Shown piece by piece: positions 1 through 10,719 of a stretch of DNA of 64,000 nt. The position numbers and the translations under genes were made by a program. A model generated the notes under the pieces. It saw only the letters and a list, made by a program, of their open reading frames with translations, did no database searches and was not told the DNA's origin. Origin of the DNA: an uncultured Desulfatitalea sp. Lineage in GTDB: Bacteria > Desulfobacterota > Desulfobacteria > Desulfobacterales > Desulfosarcinaceae. Where the stretch lies: the NCBI GenBank assembly GCA_963668675.2, contig CAXXMB010000002.1, positions 1,216,001-1,280,000 on the forward strand, in the 5' to 3' direction. The first letter of the stretch is position 1. Every line of letters begins with the position of its first letter.

Positions 1-1
1 C

Positions 2-2029
2 TGGTGTGAATTGATTGTCTCCTTCGTCCGCGACGATCAGGGGAAGCCGATATCGGTAATGGGCGTCACCCGCGACATTTCGGAAAGAAAGCAGGCCGAG
101 GCTGCCATTGCGAAAAGTGAAGAGAAATACCGAAATCTTTTCGAAAACGGCATGGATCTGTTATGCGTCCATGACATGAATGGCACCCTGCTGGAAACCA
201 ATCTCCCCTTTAAAAAAGAGTATGGTTGGGGCACGGAGGATCTGGGGGATCTGAATATCCGCGACCTTATTTCGCAACGCTATAAAAATCTATTCGATGA
301 GTATATGGAACGCATCACCCGTGACGGATCAGCCGAAGGATTATTGACGGGCTATACCAAATCCGGCCGGAAAGTGGTTGTCGAGTATAAAAACAGATTG
401 ATACGCGATGCCGATGGGACGCCGGTGGGCGTGCAAGGGGCAGCAAGGGATGTGACGGAACGGCTGAAAACGGAAAAAGCGCTCAAGGTGAGCGAGGAGA
501 AATACAGAGAGATCGTTCAGTACGCCCCGGCCGGAATATACGAATTTGACATAGAGACAATGCGCTTCACCAGTGTCAACGACGTCATGTGTGAATATTC
601 CGGATATACCGAAGAAGAATTTCTATCGATGGACCCCTACGGTCTGCTAAACGAGGAGGGCAGGAAAACCTTGGACCAATTGGTCAAAGAGGTTTTTAAA
701 GGCCGTAAAGAGCTGCCTCCGGTGGAGTATCAGATCAAAGGCAAAGGCGGCCGGGAGTTTTGGGCACTTTCCAATTCCAAATTCTTCTATGAGGAAGGAG
801 TGCCCAAGAGGGGCATGTCCGTGGTCCACGACCTGACCCAAATCAGGAAAGCCGAAGCGGAAAAGCGCCAGCTCGAAATCAAGCTGCAGAATGCGAAAAA
901 GCTGGAATCTTTAGGGACGCTGGCGGGCGGCGTGGCGCATGACCTGAACAATATCCTGGGCGGCATCGTCACCTATCCTGAATTGCTTCTCGTTGACCTG
1001 CCGCCGGACAGCCCATTGAAAGACCCCCTGTTGACCATAAAAAAGTCGGGTGAAAAAGCCGCGGAGATCGTCCAGGATCTTCTGACCCTCGCGCGACGGG
1101 GGGTCTCGAAGAAGCAGGTCCTCAACCTCAACCAGATCGTCAGCGAATTCATGACATCTCCGGAATACCGAAAAATCACCGAGGCCCACAACAATTTAGA
1201 GGTGGAGACCCGCATCACCGAGAATCTGCTCAATCTGTTGGGGTCAGAGGTCCACATCGGCAAATCCCTGATGAATCTGGTGTCCAATGCCGTCGACGCC
1301 ATGCCGAACAGCGGCCATATCACCATCTCAACGCGAAATTGCTATATAGACAAACCGCACCAGGGCTTTGAAGTCATACCCGAAGGAGAATATTGCGCCC
1401 TGGCGGTGGCCGACACCGGCATCGGTATTTCAGAGAACGATCTTCAACAAATTTTCGAACCCTTCTACACCCGAAAATCGATGGGGCGCAGCGGTACCGG
1501 TTTGGGCATGTCGGTGGTCTGGGGTACGATCAAAGATCATGGCGGCTATATCGACATTGTCACCGAGGAGGGGTCGGGCACAGAGTTCGTCCTCTATTTT
1601 CCCGTCTCACGCTCGGAGCAAAAAAAGGTGACCCCGTTGCATATCGATGAGTATATCGGCAAGGGAGAGTCGATCCTCATCGTCGACGATGTTCCCGAAC
1701 AGAGAGAACTTGCCGAACGGATGATGGCACGCCTCGGCTATCGGGTCGACACCGCCGCCAGCGGGGAAGAGGCGATTTTGTTGGTTCAGCAAAACCCCTA
1801 CGATCTGGTGATCCTCGATATGATCATGCCCGATGGCATGAACGGCCTGGAGACCTATCGGGAGATACTCAAAATTGCCCCCGACCAGAAAGCGGTCATC
1901 GCCAGCGGCTTTTCTGAAAAAAAGCTGGTAAGTGACGCAGAAAACATAGGCGTTGGATCCTATGTCAGAAAACCCTATACATTGGAGAAAATTGGCCTCG
2001 CGGTTAGATCCCAACTGGATAGTGGTTGA
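2..2029 (+). CDS. Multi-PAS hybrid sensor histidine kinase/response regulator (5' end outside window)
   Basis: Frame is open from base 2. PAS/PAC repeats, H-box LAGGVAHDLNN, N-box NLVSNAVDAM, DTGIG, GTGLG, and C-terminal receiver (ILIVDD, LDMIMP, RKPY). Confidence 0.95.
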   Translation, partial: WCELIVSFVRDDQGKPISVMGVTRDISERKQAEAAIAKSEEKYRNLFENGMDLLCVHDMNGTLLETNLPFKKEYGWGTEDLGDLNIRDLISQRYKNLFDEYMERITRDGSAEGLLTGYTKSGRKVVVEYKNRLIRDADGTPVGVQGAARDVTERLKTEKALKVSEEKYREIVQYAPAGIYEFDIETMRFTSVNDVMCEYSGYTEEEFLSMDPYGLLNEEGRKTLDQLVKEVFKGRKELPPVEYQIKGKGGREFWALSNSKFFYEEGVPKRGMSVVHDLTQIRKAEAEKRQLEIKLQNAKKLESLGTLAGGVAHDLNNILGGIVTYPELLLVDLPPDSPLKDPLLTIKKSGEKAAEIVQDLLTLARRGVSKKQVLNLNQIVSEFMTSPEYRKITEAHNNLEVETRITENLLNLLGSEVHIGKSLMNLVSNAVDAMPNSGHITISTRNCYIDKPHQGFEVIPEGEYCALAVADTGIGISENDLQQIFEPFYTRKSMGRSGTGLGMSVVWGTIKDHGGYIDIVTEEGSGTEFVLYFPVSRSEQKKVTPLHIDEYIGKGESILIVDDVPEQRELAERMMARLGYRVDTAASGEEAILLVQQNPYDLVILDMIMPDGMNGLETYREILKIAPDQKAVIASGFSEKKLVSDAENIGVGSYVRKPYTLEKIGLAVRSQLDSG

Positions 2030-2055
2030 ATTCAAACCGCGACAAGCGCATTTTC

Positions 2056-3150
2056 TCAATCTCCCACCGGATAGTCGAACATTTCGCCCTGCCAATTCCT
2101 CATTCTCCAGACACGCCGATGCTTCTCTACCACCGATGAACCGGTAAGCGCCACCTTCCCTCCGCCTCCGGGCAGATCGACCATCAGATGCGGCATGGCA
2201 ATACCCGAAAGCCGGCCCCGCAGCGCCTGCACCAGATCGATACTGTGCGCCAGGGGTACCTGGAAATGGGCCGTTCCGGGGACGCGGTCCAATTGATGGA
2301 GATAGTATGGCCGGACCCGTATGGCCAGCAGCGCCTCGAACAACTCCTGCAGGTGCTTTGCGTTGTCGTTGATTCCTTTGAGCAGAACGCTCTGACTGCC
2401 CAAAACAATGCCGGCATCGGCCATCAGACCGCAGGCCGCAGCCACATCAGGCGTTATCTCTGCCGAATGGTTCACATGAATATTGAGGTACAGCGGATGG
2501 AAGAGGGAGAGCTGATCGACCAAAGTCGGGGTGATCCGCGAAGGGAGAACCACCGGCATACGGGTATGGATGCGCAGCAGACCCACGTGCGAAATACGCC
2601 TCAAGGATGCCATGATACGAACCAATTCGACATCACTGCGCATCAATGGATCGCCTCCCGACAGGATCACTTCGTTGATCTGGGGATGGTGTCCGATATA
2701 ATCGATGCCCTCTTCGATCAGCTCCCGGGACACCTGAGAAGGCTCCGCCACCCGCCGCTTGCGCATGCAGAAGCGACAGTGCACCGCACACTGATTCGAG
2801 ACAAGAAAAACCACCCGGCCAGGATAGCGATGAATCACCTGGGAAACCGGAGATTGAAGATCTTCTGCCAGCGGATCGGAATCCCGATCCAGATCCAACA
2901 ACTCCTCCTGCCGGGGAATCACCTGCCGCCCGATGGGATCGTCCGCCGAATGGATCAGTTTTAAAAAATAGGAATTGAGCTTCATGGGAAAGCGCGAAGC
3001 CACCTCGCTCAACTCTTCGGGCTGACCAACCAATCGTCCGGGAAGGCCGCGAGGCCGGACGATACTATCGCGAAGCATTTCACGCCAGGAAGATGACGCA
3101 AATTCCGGTAATGGTTGAAGCAAGTTCAATATCCTCCAAAGCGATACCAA
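2056..3150 (-). CDS. KamA-family radical SAM protein (lysine 2,3-aminomutase/EpmB-like); true start probably slightly downstream
   Basis: DPLAED, HRYP, CAVHCRFC (CxxxCxxC), SGGDPL, QSVLLKGIND, RPYYLHQ, DLPGGGGK. Confidence 0.9.
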   Translation of the reverse strand: MVSLWRILNLLQPLPEFASSSWREMLRDSIVRPRGLPGRLVGQPEELSEVASRFPMKLNSYFLKLIHSADDPIGRQVIPRQEELLDLDRDSDPLAEDLQSPVSQVIHRYPGRVVFLVSNQCAVHCRFCMRKRRVAEPSQVSRELIEEGIDYIGHHPQINEVILSGGDPLMRSDVELVRIMASLRRISHVGLLRIHTRMPVVLPSRITPTLVDQLSLFHPLYLNIHVNHSAEITPDVAAACGLMADAGIVLGSQSVLLKGINDNAKHLQELFEALLAIRVRPYYLHQLDRVPGTAHFQVPLAHSIDLVQALRGRLSGIAMPHLMVDLPGGGGKVALTGSSVVEKHRRVWRMRNWQGEMFDYPVGD

Positions 3151-3175
3151 CCTTCGCTTTAAACTTTACACTTCC

Positions 3176-4210
3176 TTAAACATTAAACCTGAAGTTTATA
3201 ATATCGCCATCCTTCACTTCATACGTCTTGCCCTCCAGACGCACCGTTCCCTGTTTGCGGGCCTCGGCATAGGTGCCGGCGGCCATCAGGTCGTCGTAGG
3301 CCAGCACCTCGGCACGGATAAACCCCTTTTTGATATCCGAATGGATCACATCGGCGGCATCGACGGCAGCCGTTCCCTTCTTGATGGTCCAGGCCCTCAC
3401 CTCGTCTTCACCCACCGTAAAAAAGGAGATCAATCCCAGCAATTCATATGAGGCTTTGATCATCCGATCCATGGCCAGATCGCTGATATCGAATTCAGCC
3501 ATGAACTCCTCTGCCTCCTCCGGGTCCATCTGCCCCAACTCCTGCTCCAGTTTCCCGCGGACAGCCATGCAGGTTTCCCCTTGCGCCCACGCCCCCAACT
3601 CCGGCAAAGATGCGTCTTCATCTTCATTGTTGAACAGCACCAGACACGGCTTGGCCGACAGGAATGCATATCCCCTCAACAGGTGAGCCCCGGCCAATTC
3701 GGGAACATGGCGCAAAGGTGTCTCCTCGTTCAAATACTCACTGCATCGCTTTATGAGCTGCTGCTCCTCCGGATTGGGTTTCTTACCCCGTTTCTGATCC
3801 ACTGCAAGTCGCTCCAGACGCTTCTCCACCACCACCAGATCGGAAAGAATCAGCTCCTGGTCGACCGTCTGAAAAGCCTCCTGGGGAACGGAGGCTTCCA
3901 TGCCATATACACTGAAGTTGCGCACCACATGCAGCAGGGCATCACAATCGCGCACCTGGGTCCAGATGCTCTGCTCCCTTGACTTCTCCTTGACATGCTC
4001 GGCCGGCGCCGGCAACAGGTACTCCACCTGGGCAAAAATGGTTTTGCGCGGTTGATACATGGCCGACAACCGGTCCACCCGCTCGTCCGGTACACGCACT
4101 GTGCCGATGCGGCTCTCTTTGCGTTGCAGCGGGTCAAGACGCGACGTTGTCAATGCTTCAAACAGTGTGGTCTTGCCTGCCCCGGTCTGTCCGATCAAAC
4201 CAAGCTTCAT
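3176..4210 (-). CDS. YchF/OLA1-like P-loop NTPase (divergent paralog)
   Basis: GQTGAGKTT P-loop, VPDERVDRLS, FFTVGEDEVRAW, IHSDIKKGFIRAEV, EGKTYEVKDGDIINFRFNV (TGS-like C-terminus). Confidence 0.9.
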   Translation of the reverse strand: MKLGLIGQTGAGKTTLFEALTTSRLDPLQRKESRIGTVRVPDERVDRLSAMYQPRKTIFAQVEYLLPAPAEHVKEKSREQSIWTQVRDCDALLHVVRNFSVYGMEASVPQEAFQTVDQELILSDLVVVEKRLERLAVDQKRGKKPNPEEQQLIKRCSEYLNEETPLRHVPELAGAHLLRGYAFLSAKPCLVLFNNEDEDASLPELGAWAQGETCMAVRGKLEQELGQMDPEEAEEFMAEFDISDLAMDRMIKASYELLGLISFFTVGEDEVRAWTIKKGTAAVDAADVIHSDIKKGFIRAEVLAYDDLMAAGTYAEARKQGTVRLEGKTYEVKDGDIINFRFNV

Positions 4211-4436
4211 AGATCGCTCCCTAACGCCTGCGCAGGCCATCGAAACGGCTCTCTTTTCAGGTGGCCTGGGAATGGATTAAAATTGGCCATTTGTAGCGCT
4301 GTTCCACCATCAAGGCAAGGGCAAAGCCGGGCAATTATCCTTTGACATCAAAGGTCTTTTTGGATAGGGCCAGGTAAACCGGCATCAAACCGGCCAGAAA
4401 CCATTCACCGTTCGGTCTCTCTTTGGCCGTCCGAAG

Positions 4437-5552
4437 GTGCAAAGAATCATGGGATCCCACAACAGCGTTACCCCATCGGATGTTTCGTTAAACAGAGCCG
4501 TGAAAGCGCATTGCGCTACTGACGCAGAGCAGAGTGAAAGCCAGCGGCTTCAAACCCTTCTGAAGCAGATGACCGCGGCGCCGGACCATGATGAGGTGCG
4601 GAACACCACAATCGATATCCAGACCCTGGTCGACAATGTCCCCGATATCGTCTACGCCCTCGACGGCAAGGGTGAAATTGTCTCGATCAACCGGGCCGTC
4701 AATGCCTACGGTTACACCCGGGATGAGCTGATCGGACGATTTTTTCTGGATCTTCTCCATGACGATGATCACGACCGGATCGCAAAAGCCTATTTCGATG
4801 CGTGGACGACCCGCTTGACCCAATCCCAAACCCTGCAGTTTCGAATCGTGACCAAGCTGGGCGACGTGCGCTGGCTGGAGGTGAAATGCGCCATGCGCTT
4901 CACTCCGGACGGCAAATCGTTCATCCAGGAGGGGGTGTGCCGCGATATCACTGAAAACGTCCAGAACCAGAACACACTCATCAGGGCCAGAGAAGTACTT
5001 GAAGCCCAGGTCCGCGCCCGAACCGATGAGATCATGAAAGCCAATGTTGAACTGCAGCGGGAGATCGACGAACGCCGCACCACGGAGAAGGTGTTGCGCG
5101 ACCGGGAGGGTGAGCTGGAGATGGAGAAGGCGAACCTGCAGGAGGCCAACACCGCCTTGAAGGTGCTGCTGAAACGGCGCGAACTGGACAAGCGTGCCCT
5201 TGAAGAGCAGGTGATTCACAACATCAATCGGCTGGTGCACCCCTATCTGAAAAGAATCAAAAGAGAGATCACCGACAATCGCCACATCGACTACCTGGGA
5301 ATCGTCGAATCCAACCTGAACGACATCACCTGTAACTTTTCGCGCCGCTTGACGCTCGGCGTCTATGGCCTCTCCACATCGGAGCTGAAGGTGGCCAACT
5401 TCATCCGGCAAGGCAAAAAGACGCGCGATATCGCCCACCTGCTGGGGCTCTCCCCGCGGACCGTGGACTCCTACCGACAGAACATCCGCAACAAGCTGCG
5501 CATACGCAACAAAAACATCAACTTAAGAACCTTTTTGATGTCCATCAGATAG
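4437..5552 (+). CDS. PAS-domain LuxR-family transcriptional regulator
   Basis: PAS/PAC, coiled coil, C-terminal LSTSELKVANFIRQGKKTRDIAHLLGLSPRTVDSYRQNIRNKL HTH. Confidence 0.9.
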   Translation: MQRIMGSHNSVTPSDVSLNRAVKAHCATDAEQSESQRLQTLLKQMTAAPDHDEVRNTTIDIQTLVDNVPDIVYALDGKGEIVSINRAVNAYGYTRDELIGRFFLDLLHDDDHDRIAKAYFDAWTTRLTQSQTLQFRIVTKLGDVRWLEVKCAMRFTPDGKSFIQEGVCRDITENVQNQNTLIRAREVLEAQVRARTDEIMKANVELQREIDERRTTEKVLRDREGELEMEKANLQEANTALKVLLKRRELDKRALEEQVIHNINRLVHPYLKRIKREITDNRHIDYLGIVESNLNDITCNFSRRLTLGVYGLSTSELKVANFIRQGKKTRDIAHLLGLSPRTVDSYRQNIRNKLRIRNKNINLRTFLMSIR

Positions 5553-5602
5553 AAAATAGGACGGTGCGGCACGACCCCCTGTCGGCCACGGTGGCGGTAA
5601 TA

Positions 5603-5881
5603 TCAGGCAGGCACGCTAAGCAAAATCCGGTTGAGCTGCTTGAGCTGGCTCTGCAGCTCGATCAATTTCGCCTCGATGAGCAGCGCCAGAACGGCTATCC
5701 TGTTCTCTGTGTTGCCGGCCTTGTCCAGCATACCATCTATTTCACGCTGGAAGGACGCGTACTGTGGATGGGTATCTAAAAATCGGTCCCTCTGTTCGAG
5801 TGCCGCCTCGAGCTCTTGCTCCGGGTCCCACGCCTCAACGGTCCGGCGGTGGTGTTTATTGAAGTGTAAAGGGTGTGCCAT
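5603..5881 (-). CDS. Hypothetical helical protein (92 aa)
   Basis: Strong RBS (GGAGAGGAGG) before ATG; protein-like composition. Confidence 0.7.
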   Translation of the reverse strand: MAHPLHFNKHHRRTVEAWDPEQELEAALEQRDRFLDTHPQYASFQREIDGMLDKAGNTENRIAVLALLIEAKLIELQSQLKQLNRILLSVPA

Positions 5882-6066
5882 GGGTTCCTCCTCTCCATTC
5901 CGTTTTCAACGCCACTACCCATTGGCGAAACGAACCTACCACAACCTTTCTGTTTGATCAATTTTACATTCGGTTGACATTTGGTTCAACAATCAGTCCA
6001 CAATAGGGGGCAACACGCGATTTATGATCACCACGCTCACGCTATTGGGGATCGGCAAAAGTACCT

Positions 6067-6972
6067 TCACGCCTCATTTGAGATGTTTTTCCTCAAAATC
6101 GAAATGATATTTTCAATATCGGCTCTGGATCGGCCGCGTTCCAGGCGACATGCGCCGGCGCCGCGATGCCCCCCTCCCCCGTATCGGGCCAAAAGCTTGC
6201 CCACGTTCACCCGACAGCCGCGGTTCAGGATGCTGTGACCAAGCTTGACCACGACATGCGGTCCCTCATCGTACAGCTTGACGTTCACGAGGGCATCGGG
6301 AAAAAGCGAGTAGACCAGAAACCGGTTTCCATCCGGTACCGGTGAGACGCCCCTGAAATCGGTGACCGAGACGTGGCCGTCCATATAGGTATCCTCACGC
6401 AGCATCCTCTCATAGACCTGGTTGGCAATCACGACGTTTTCACAGCGTCGCTCCACCCTGGGGTCGGCCATGACGCCGTCGATCTCCAGCGCTCCGATCA
6501 GATCCACCAAATGGTCGCAGTAGTCCGCGTCCTCAAGCGAACGGCGTGTGGGGATCGACATGGAGAGCAACACATACGGGTAGCTTTGGGGGTACAGTAT
6601 CTCGTCCAGGCTCAGCTGGGCCGAATCGATCTTATCCGTTTCGCGCACCAGTTCGGCAAAACGCCCCTGCCATTTGTCTTGGAAATACGCCTGATAATAC
6701 TCATAGATCAGGCCGGCAGCCGAGGGGGCGATGCGAAACAGCCCCTCATGGATTTTTTCCGATACATTGGAGACATGGTGATCGAACCACATCCCGACAT
6801 CTTCGTCACCCAGGGGCAGGTTGGCCACCACATCGCCGGGCAGAAGGCGAAAGCGGCCGTTCTGGATCTCACTGGGCTGCGTCCAGCGCACGTCGCTTGC
6901 ATCGCCCAAAGCCGCCTTGAGCAGCACGACGCAAACGACACCATCAAAATCGGGCCGGGAGATAATTCTCAC
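6067..6972 (-). CDS. DHH-family phosphoesterase (exopolyphosphatase/nanoRNase-like)
   Basis: PDFDG, FDHH, DKIDS, GGGGHRGAG motifs. Confidence 0.85.
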   Translation of the reverse strand: MRIISRPDFDGVVCVVLLKAALGDASDVRWTQPSEIQNGRFRLLPGDVVANLPLGDEDVGMWFDHHVSNVSEKIHEGLFRIAPSAAGLIYEYYQAYFQDKWQGRFAELVRETDKIDSAQLSLDEILYPQSYPYVLLSMSIPTRRSLEDADYCDHLVDLIGALEIDGVMADPRVERRCENVVIANQVYERMLREDTYMDGHVSVTDFRGVSPVPDGNRFLVYSLFPDALVNVKLYDEGPHVVVKLGHSILNRGCRVNVGKLLARYGGGGHRGAGACRLERGRSRADIENIISILRKNISNEA

Positions 6973-7152
6973 GCGTATTGACCTGTTCCCCGTTTACTGA
7001 AACGTTTTGAATCCGGCTTGGCCGGAGGTTTAAAGCGAAAGTAGCGTACCAATTATGACCGCCATTTGCAAACAACAGGGGGGCACATCCAGCGCCGATA
7101 GCGACGGAGGGTCGTAGAGATCAGGCATGGGGGGCGATCTGCATCAATGCGC

Positions 7153-7479
7153 CTACAGGGGTTCTCCGTCCGGCGCACTTTTCGACAAAATTTGTCCGCT
7201 GCCGTCGAGGAGAAATAGTAAAAAACCGCCTTGAGCTGCATATTTAATCAGGTCCTCATAGATGATGGCCTGAATTTCCAAGGCCTGCCCATGGTTTTTG
7301 GCCAGGTGAATGATGCCCTGCATGGCGGCATCTCTATCCGTGAAAAGCGGAATGAAGTCGATATCGTTCTCCGCGTCGTGCTGTCCGATAATGGTCTCCT
7401 GATTGCCCGGATTCTGCACGGCCACATATACCCAGGCATGGGGATCGATCGTCTTGGCCATTGTTGCCTTCTCCGACAT
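7153..7479 (-). CDS. Hypothetical protein
   Basis: 108-aa ORF fills the gap, co-oriented with the DHH gene. Confidence 0.7.
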   Translation of the reverse strand: MSEKATMAKTIDPHAWVYVAVQNPGNQETIIGQHDAENDIDFIPLFTDRDAAMQGIIHLAKNHGQALEIQAIIYEDLIKYAAQGGFLLFLLDGSGQILSKSAPDGEPL

Positions 7480-7756
7480 GGTGAACCCATGTCATTTGTG
7501 CCGCGATCCATTGCCGGCATCCGCGGCGTTCATGAGTAACAGCACCATCCACCGGTGCGATCCGCCGGCCCGAAAGCGCTAAAAAATCCTGACCTATATA
7601 GAAAATTGAGGCAGGCACTGTCAAGAAAAGGCGAGGCTGACGGCCAAACGGCGAGCGTGAATCTTTGGGATCGACCAGAGAAATAGCGCTTTACTTTTCC
7701 TCTGCTTGTTTATACTCTGCCCGCGTTTGCACGTTGAGACAAGCAAGGAGTCGCAG

Positions 7757-8065
7757 ATGGAATCGAATTTTACCGTTCCCCAAGAGTTACAAATGTCTTT
7801 TCAGAGACTTATACCATATATGTCCCCCGCATTGCGAAAAGACGTGCAGGGCCTGGAGGCCATCCTGCTCTATTTGAAAATGGGCGGCGAACGGCTTGCC
7901 CGTATCGCCATCGACGCATACAACCAGACCCATCGCCTGAAGGATGCCGCCGAGCAGAAACTGCGCCTTGAAGAGACACTGCTTGCCAAGCAGTTGGAGG
8001 ATGAAGCCGACGATGAGGACGAGGAGGACGATGAAGATGAGGACGAGGAGGAGGCCTCTGATTAA
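7757..8065 (+). CDS. Hypothetical protein with acidic C-terminal tail
   Basis: AAGGAG RBS before ATG 7757; D/E-rich tail. Confidence 0.75.
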   Translation: MESNFTVPQELQMSFQRLIPYMSPALRKDVQGLEAILLYLKMGGERLARIAIDAYNQTHRLKDAAEQKLRLEETLLAKQLEDEADDEDEEDDEDEDEEEASD

Positions 8066-8202
8066 TCAACCAACAATAGGACCAAGCCTCTGATCCGGGC
8101 AGCATCCATGCCCGTCAAGCCGAAAGGCAGCACTCACACCCGAAAGTCGATCAATCGCCCCTCCCCACCCAAACCACATCCCAAAGTGAAAACATAGATT
8201 GC

Positions 8203-9075
8203 ATGGTGCCTTTGTTCGCCCATTTAAGCGCCGAGCGGGCGCAAACCTACAGCCTGGTTCTGGCGTCAGCCGGCATCCTGCATGTGACGCATCGCCGTGA
8301 CGGCCGCTATGCCATCACCGTTGCACAGCCTGACCGCGGGCCCTCGCAGCGAACGATATCGCTCTATCTGAAGGAGAACCCGATCGGCGCGGATCAAGCC
8401 GACACCCTCTCACCGCCCCATCCTCGCTCGTGGTCCGCCATCTACGCAGCCCTTCTTCTGGCCGCCGTGCACATCGCCGTTGACGCCACCCGACAGCAGG
8501 AGATCTTCATCGCCGCTTTCGGAGCGGATGCCGGCCTTATCCTGAACGGCCAGGCCTATCGCACCATCACCGCCTTGCTGCTGCACAGCGACTGGGCACA
8601 TCTGCTGGGAAACATGGCCGGCACGCTTCTTTTCGGGACCTTCGCGGCCAGGCTCTACGGATGGGGATTCAGCTGGCTTCTGATACTGGCGACCGGCGCC
8701 CTTGGCAACGCCGTTACTGCATGGTGGTACGGCGACCACCACCTCGCCATCGGCGCCTCGACCGGTGTGTTCGCCGCACTTGGGCTTTGCGCCGCAACCG
8801 CCTTCCGGCGCTATCGGCGCCACCGCTCCCGGCGGCTGCGCCCCTGGCTCTCCCTGGCTGCGGCACTGGCCCTGTTGGGATGGTTGGGAACCTCCCCGCG
8901 CAGCGATCTGCTCGCCCACCTCTTCGGCCTCTTCTGCGGGTTTTGTATCGGAGCGCTGTGCATCCGATGGCTGGAACGGCCGACCGGCTGGCCGCTGCAG
9001 GCAGCAGCCTTTATCGTAATGTGTTTAATGGTGTTGGGAAGTTGTTGGTGGGGAAGCTTATCGGGGGCGCTATAG
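8203..9075 (+). CDS. Rhomboid-family intramembrane serine protease
   Basis: HSDWAHLLGNM, GASTGVF (catalytic Ser), AHLFG (catalytic His), multiple TM segments. Confidence 0.9.
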   Translation: MVPLFAHLSAERAQTYSLVLASAGILHVTHRRDGRYAITVAQPDRGPSQRTISLYLKENPIGADQADTLSPPHPRSWSAIYAALLLAAVHIAVDATRQQEIFIAAFGADAGLILNGQAYRTITALLLHSDWAHLLGNMAGTLLFGTFAARLYGWGFSWLLILATGALGNAVTAWWYGDHHLAIGASTGVFAALGLCAATAFRRYRRHRSRRLRPWLSLAAALALLGWLGTSPRSDLLAHLFGLFCGFCIGALCIRWLERPTGWPLQAAAFIVMCLMVLGSCWWGSLSGAL

Positions 9076-9127
9076 CGCCGGACGGCCATGTTTTTCTGAA
9101 CTCAACTTTGGAATTCGCTCTATTGAG

Positions 9128-10018
9128 TTACAAGGGATAGGGCGTAAGACTCTCACATCCATCCGGAGTGACGAGAAGTGTCTGTTCAAATTGTGCCGAC
9201 AGGGAACCATCCTTGGTCACCGCCGTCCACTGATCTTCGAGGATGATCAAATCAACCCCCCCGAGATTGATCATGGGCTCAATCGTGAATACCATGCCCG
9301 GCACCAACCGAGCCCCCTGCCCGCGTTGTCCGAAGTGGGGAATTTGAGGCGGCTCGTGAAAATCGAAACCGACCCCGTGGCCCACGAAATCGCGCACCAC
9401 GGAGCACCCCTGGCCCTCGGCATACGTCTGGATCGCCCATCCGATATCACCGACGCTGTTGCCGGGCCGCACCATTTCCATCCCCTTCTTCAAACTCAGA
9501 CGCGCTGTATCGACGATCTTGCGTGCATCCGGGCCGGGCTCGCCAATGAAAAAGGTCCTGTTCGCATCGGCGTAATAGCCATCCAAAATGGTGGTGACAT
9601 CGACGTTGACGATATCGCCCTCTTTCAATCTCTTCTCGCCGGGAATGCCATGGCAGATCACCTCGTTGACCGATACGCAGACACTTTTGGGGAATCCGCG
9701 ATAGTTCAGTGGAGCCGGTATGCCGTTATTTTTCAGGGTGTATTCATGAACCCAGGTATTGATCTCCTCAGTAACAATGCCGGGAGAAAGACGTTGTTCC
9801 ACCAAATCGAGCGTGGCGATGACCAAGCGACCGGCGCGTCGGATCCCCTCTACATCTTTCTCCGCTTTCAATCGGATTTTGGGCAATTGCGGGTGGGTCT
9901 TGGGGCGCGCAGCATCGTCTTTCCCCAAACAGCAGCGTTTGTATTTTTTACCGCTGCCGCACGGGCAGGGATCGTTGCGTCCGACTTTTACACCTCTGGC
10001 TGGCTGGTTCACCCTCAA
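9128..10018 (-). CDS. map: Type I methionine aminopeptidase with N-terminal SEC-C motif
   Basis: [48 protein letters not shown]. Confidence 0.95.
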   Translation of the reverse strand: MRVNQPARGVKVGRNDPCPCGSGKKYKRCCLGKDDAARPKTHPQLPKIRLKAEKDVEGIRRAGRLVIATLDLVEQRLSPGIVTEEINTWVHEYTLKNNGIPAPLNYRGFPKSVCVSVNEVICHGIPGEKRLKEGDIVNVDVTTILDGYYADANRTFFIGEPGPDARKIVDTARLSLKKGMEMVRPGNSVGDIGWAIQTYAEGQGCSVVRDFVGHGVGFDFHEPPQIPHFGQRGQGARLVPGMVFTIEPMINLGGVDLIILEDQWTAVTKDGSLSAQFEQTLLVTPDGCESLTPYPL

Positions 10019-10200
10019 GAATCACCTATGGCATGGTTGGTTTTCGTTACGTTCTGTCTATCCTGTCGTTGCCCAACGTATAACGATCAGCCTGCGGGTG
10101 TCAATCGACTCTCTCTGCTGGTGGACAAACCCAATCGTTAAAGGTATATACAACAGATCCTCAATTTGATGCTCACAGAACAAGGAGGCTTTGGGAAACA

Positions 10201-10551
10201 ATGGATCGAGACGAAACCGGCGGCATCTCGGATCAGGAGTGGAAAAATCGGGTGTTGTGCAGCGACGAGAGCTGCATCGGCATCATCGGCCCGGACGGCC
10301 GCTGCAAGGAGTGCGGTCTGCCTTATGAGGGGGAACTGCCGATTACGTTTACGGATACAGCCGCTTCCGAAGCAAACGATGCGCAAATAGAAGCGTTATC
10401 CGAAAACGACACTGGCGATGAGGGGAACGAAGAAGAGAGTGCGTCCACATCCGATGACGATTGGGATCGGCGCAAACTGTGTGTCGACGAGAGCTGCATC
10501 GGTGTCATCGGCCCGGACGGTCGCTGCAAAGAGTGCGGCAAACCCGGGTAA
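10201..10551 (+). CDS. Small acidic protein with two copies of a 4-Cys motif
   Basis: AAGGAGG RBS; repeats LCSDESCIGIIGPDGRCKECG and LCVDESCIGVIGPDGRCKECG. Confidence 0.85.
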   Translation: MDRDETGGISDQEWKNRVLCSDESCIGIIGPDGRCKECGLPYEGELPITFTDTAASEANDAQIEALSENDTGDEGNEEESASTSDDDWDRRKLCVDESCIGVIGPDGRCKECGKPG

Positions 10552-10585
10552 AATTCAAAACCGCGTGATTACCGAAACGTAAATT

Positions 10586-10664
10586 AAACCACAGAGGGCA
10601 AAGAGATCACAGAGAAGAATCTTTAACTATCCATTCTCTGTGATCTCTTTGCCCTCTGTGGTTT
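10586..10664. repeat. Perfect 31-bp inverted repeat (REP-like; possible bidirectional terminator)
   Basis: AAACCACAGAGGGCAAAGAGATCACAGAGAA (10586-10616), 17-nt loop, exact reverse complement (10634-10664), between convergent genes. Confidence 0.9.
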
Positions 10665-10719
10665 TCTAAATACACGCCGCAAACACGTCATCACACGCAA
10701 GAGACTTAGTCGTTAGCCC

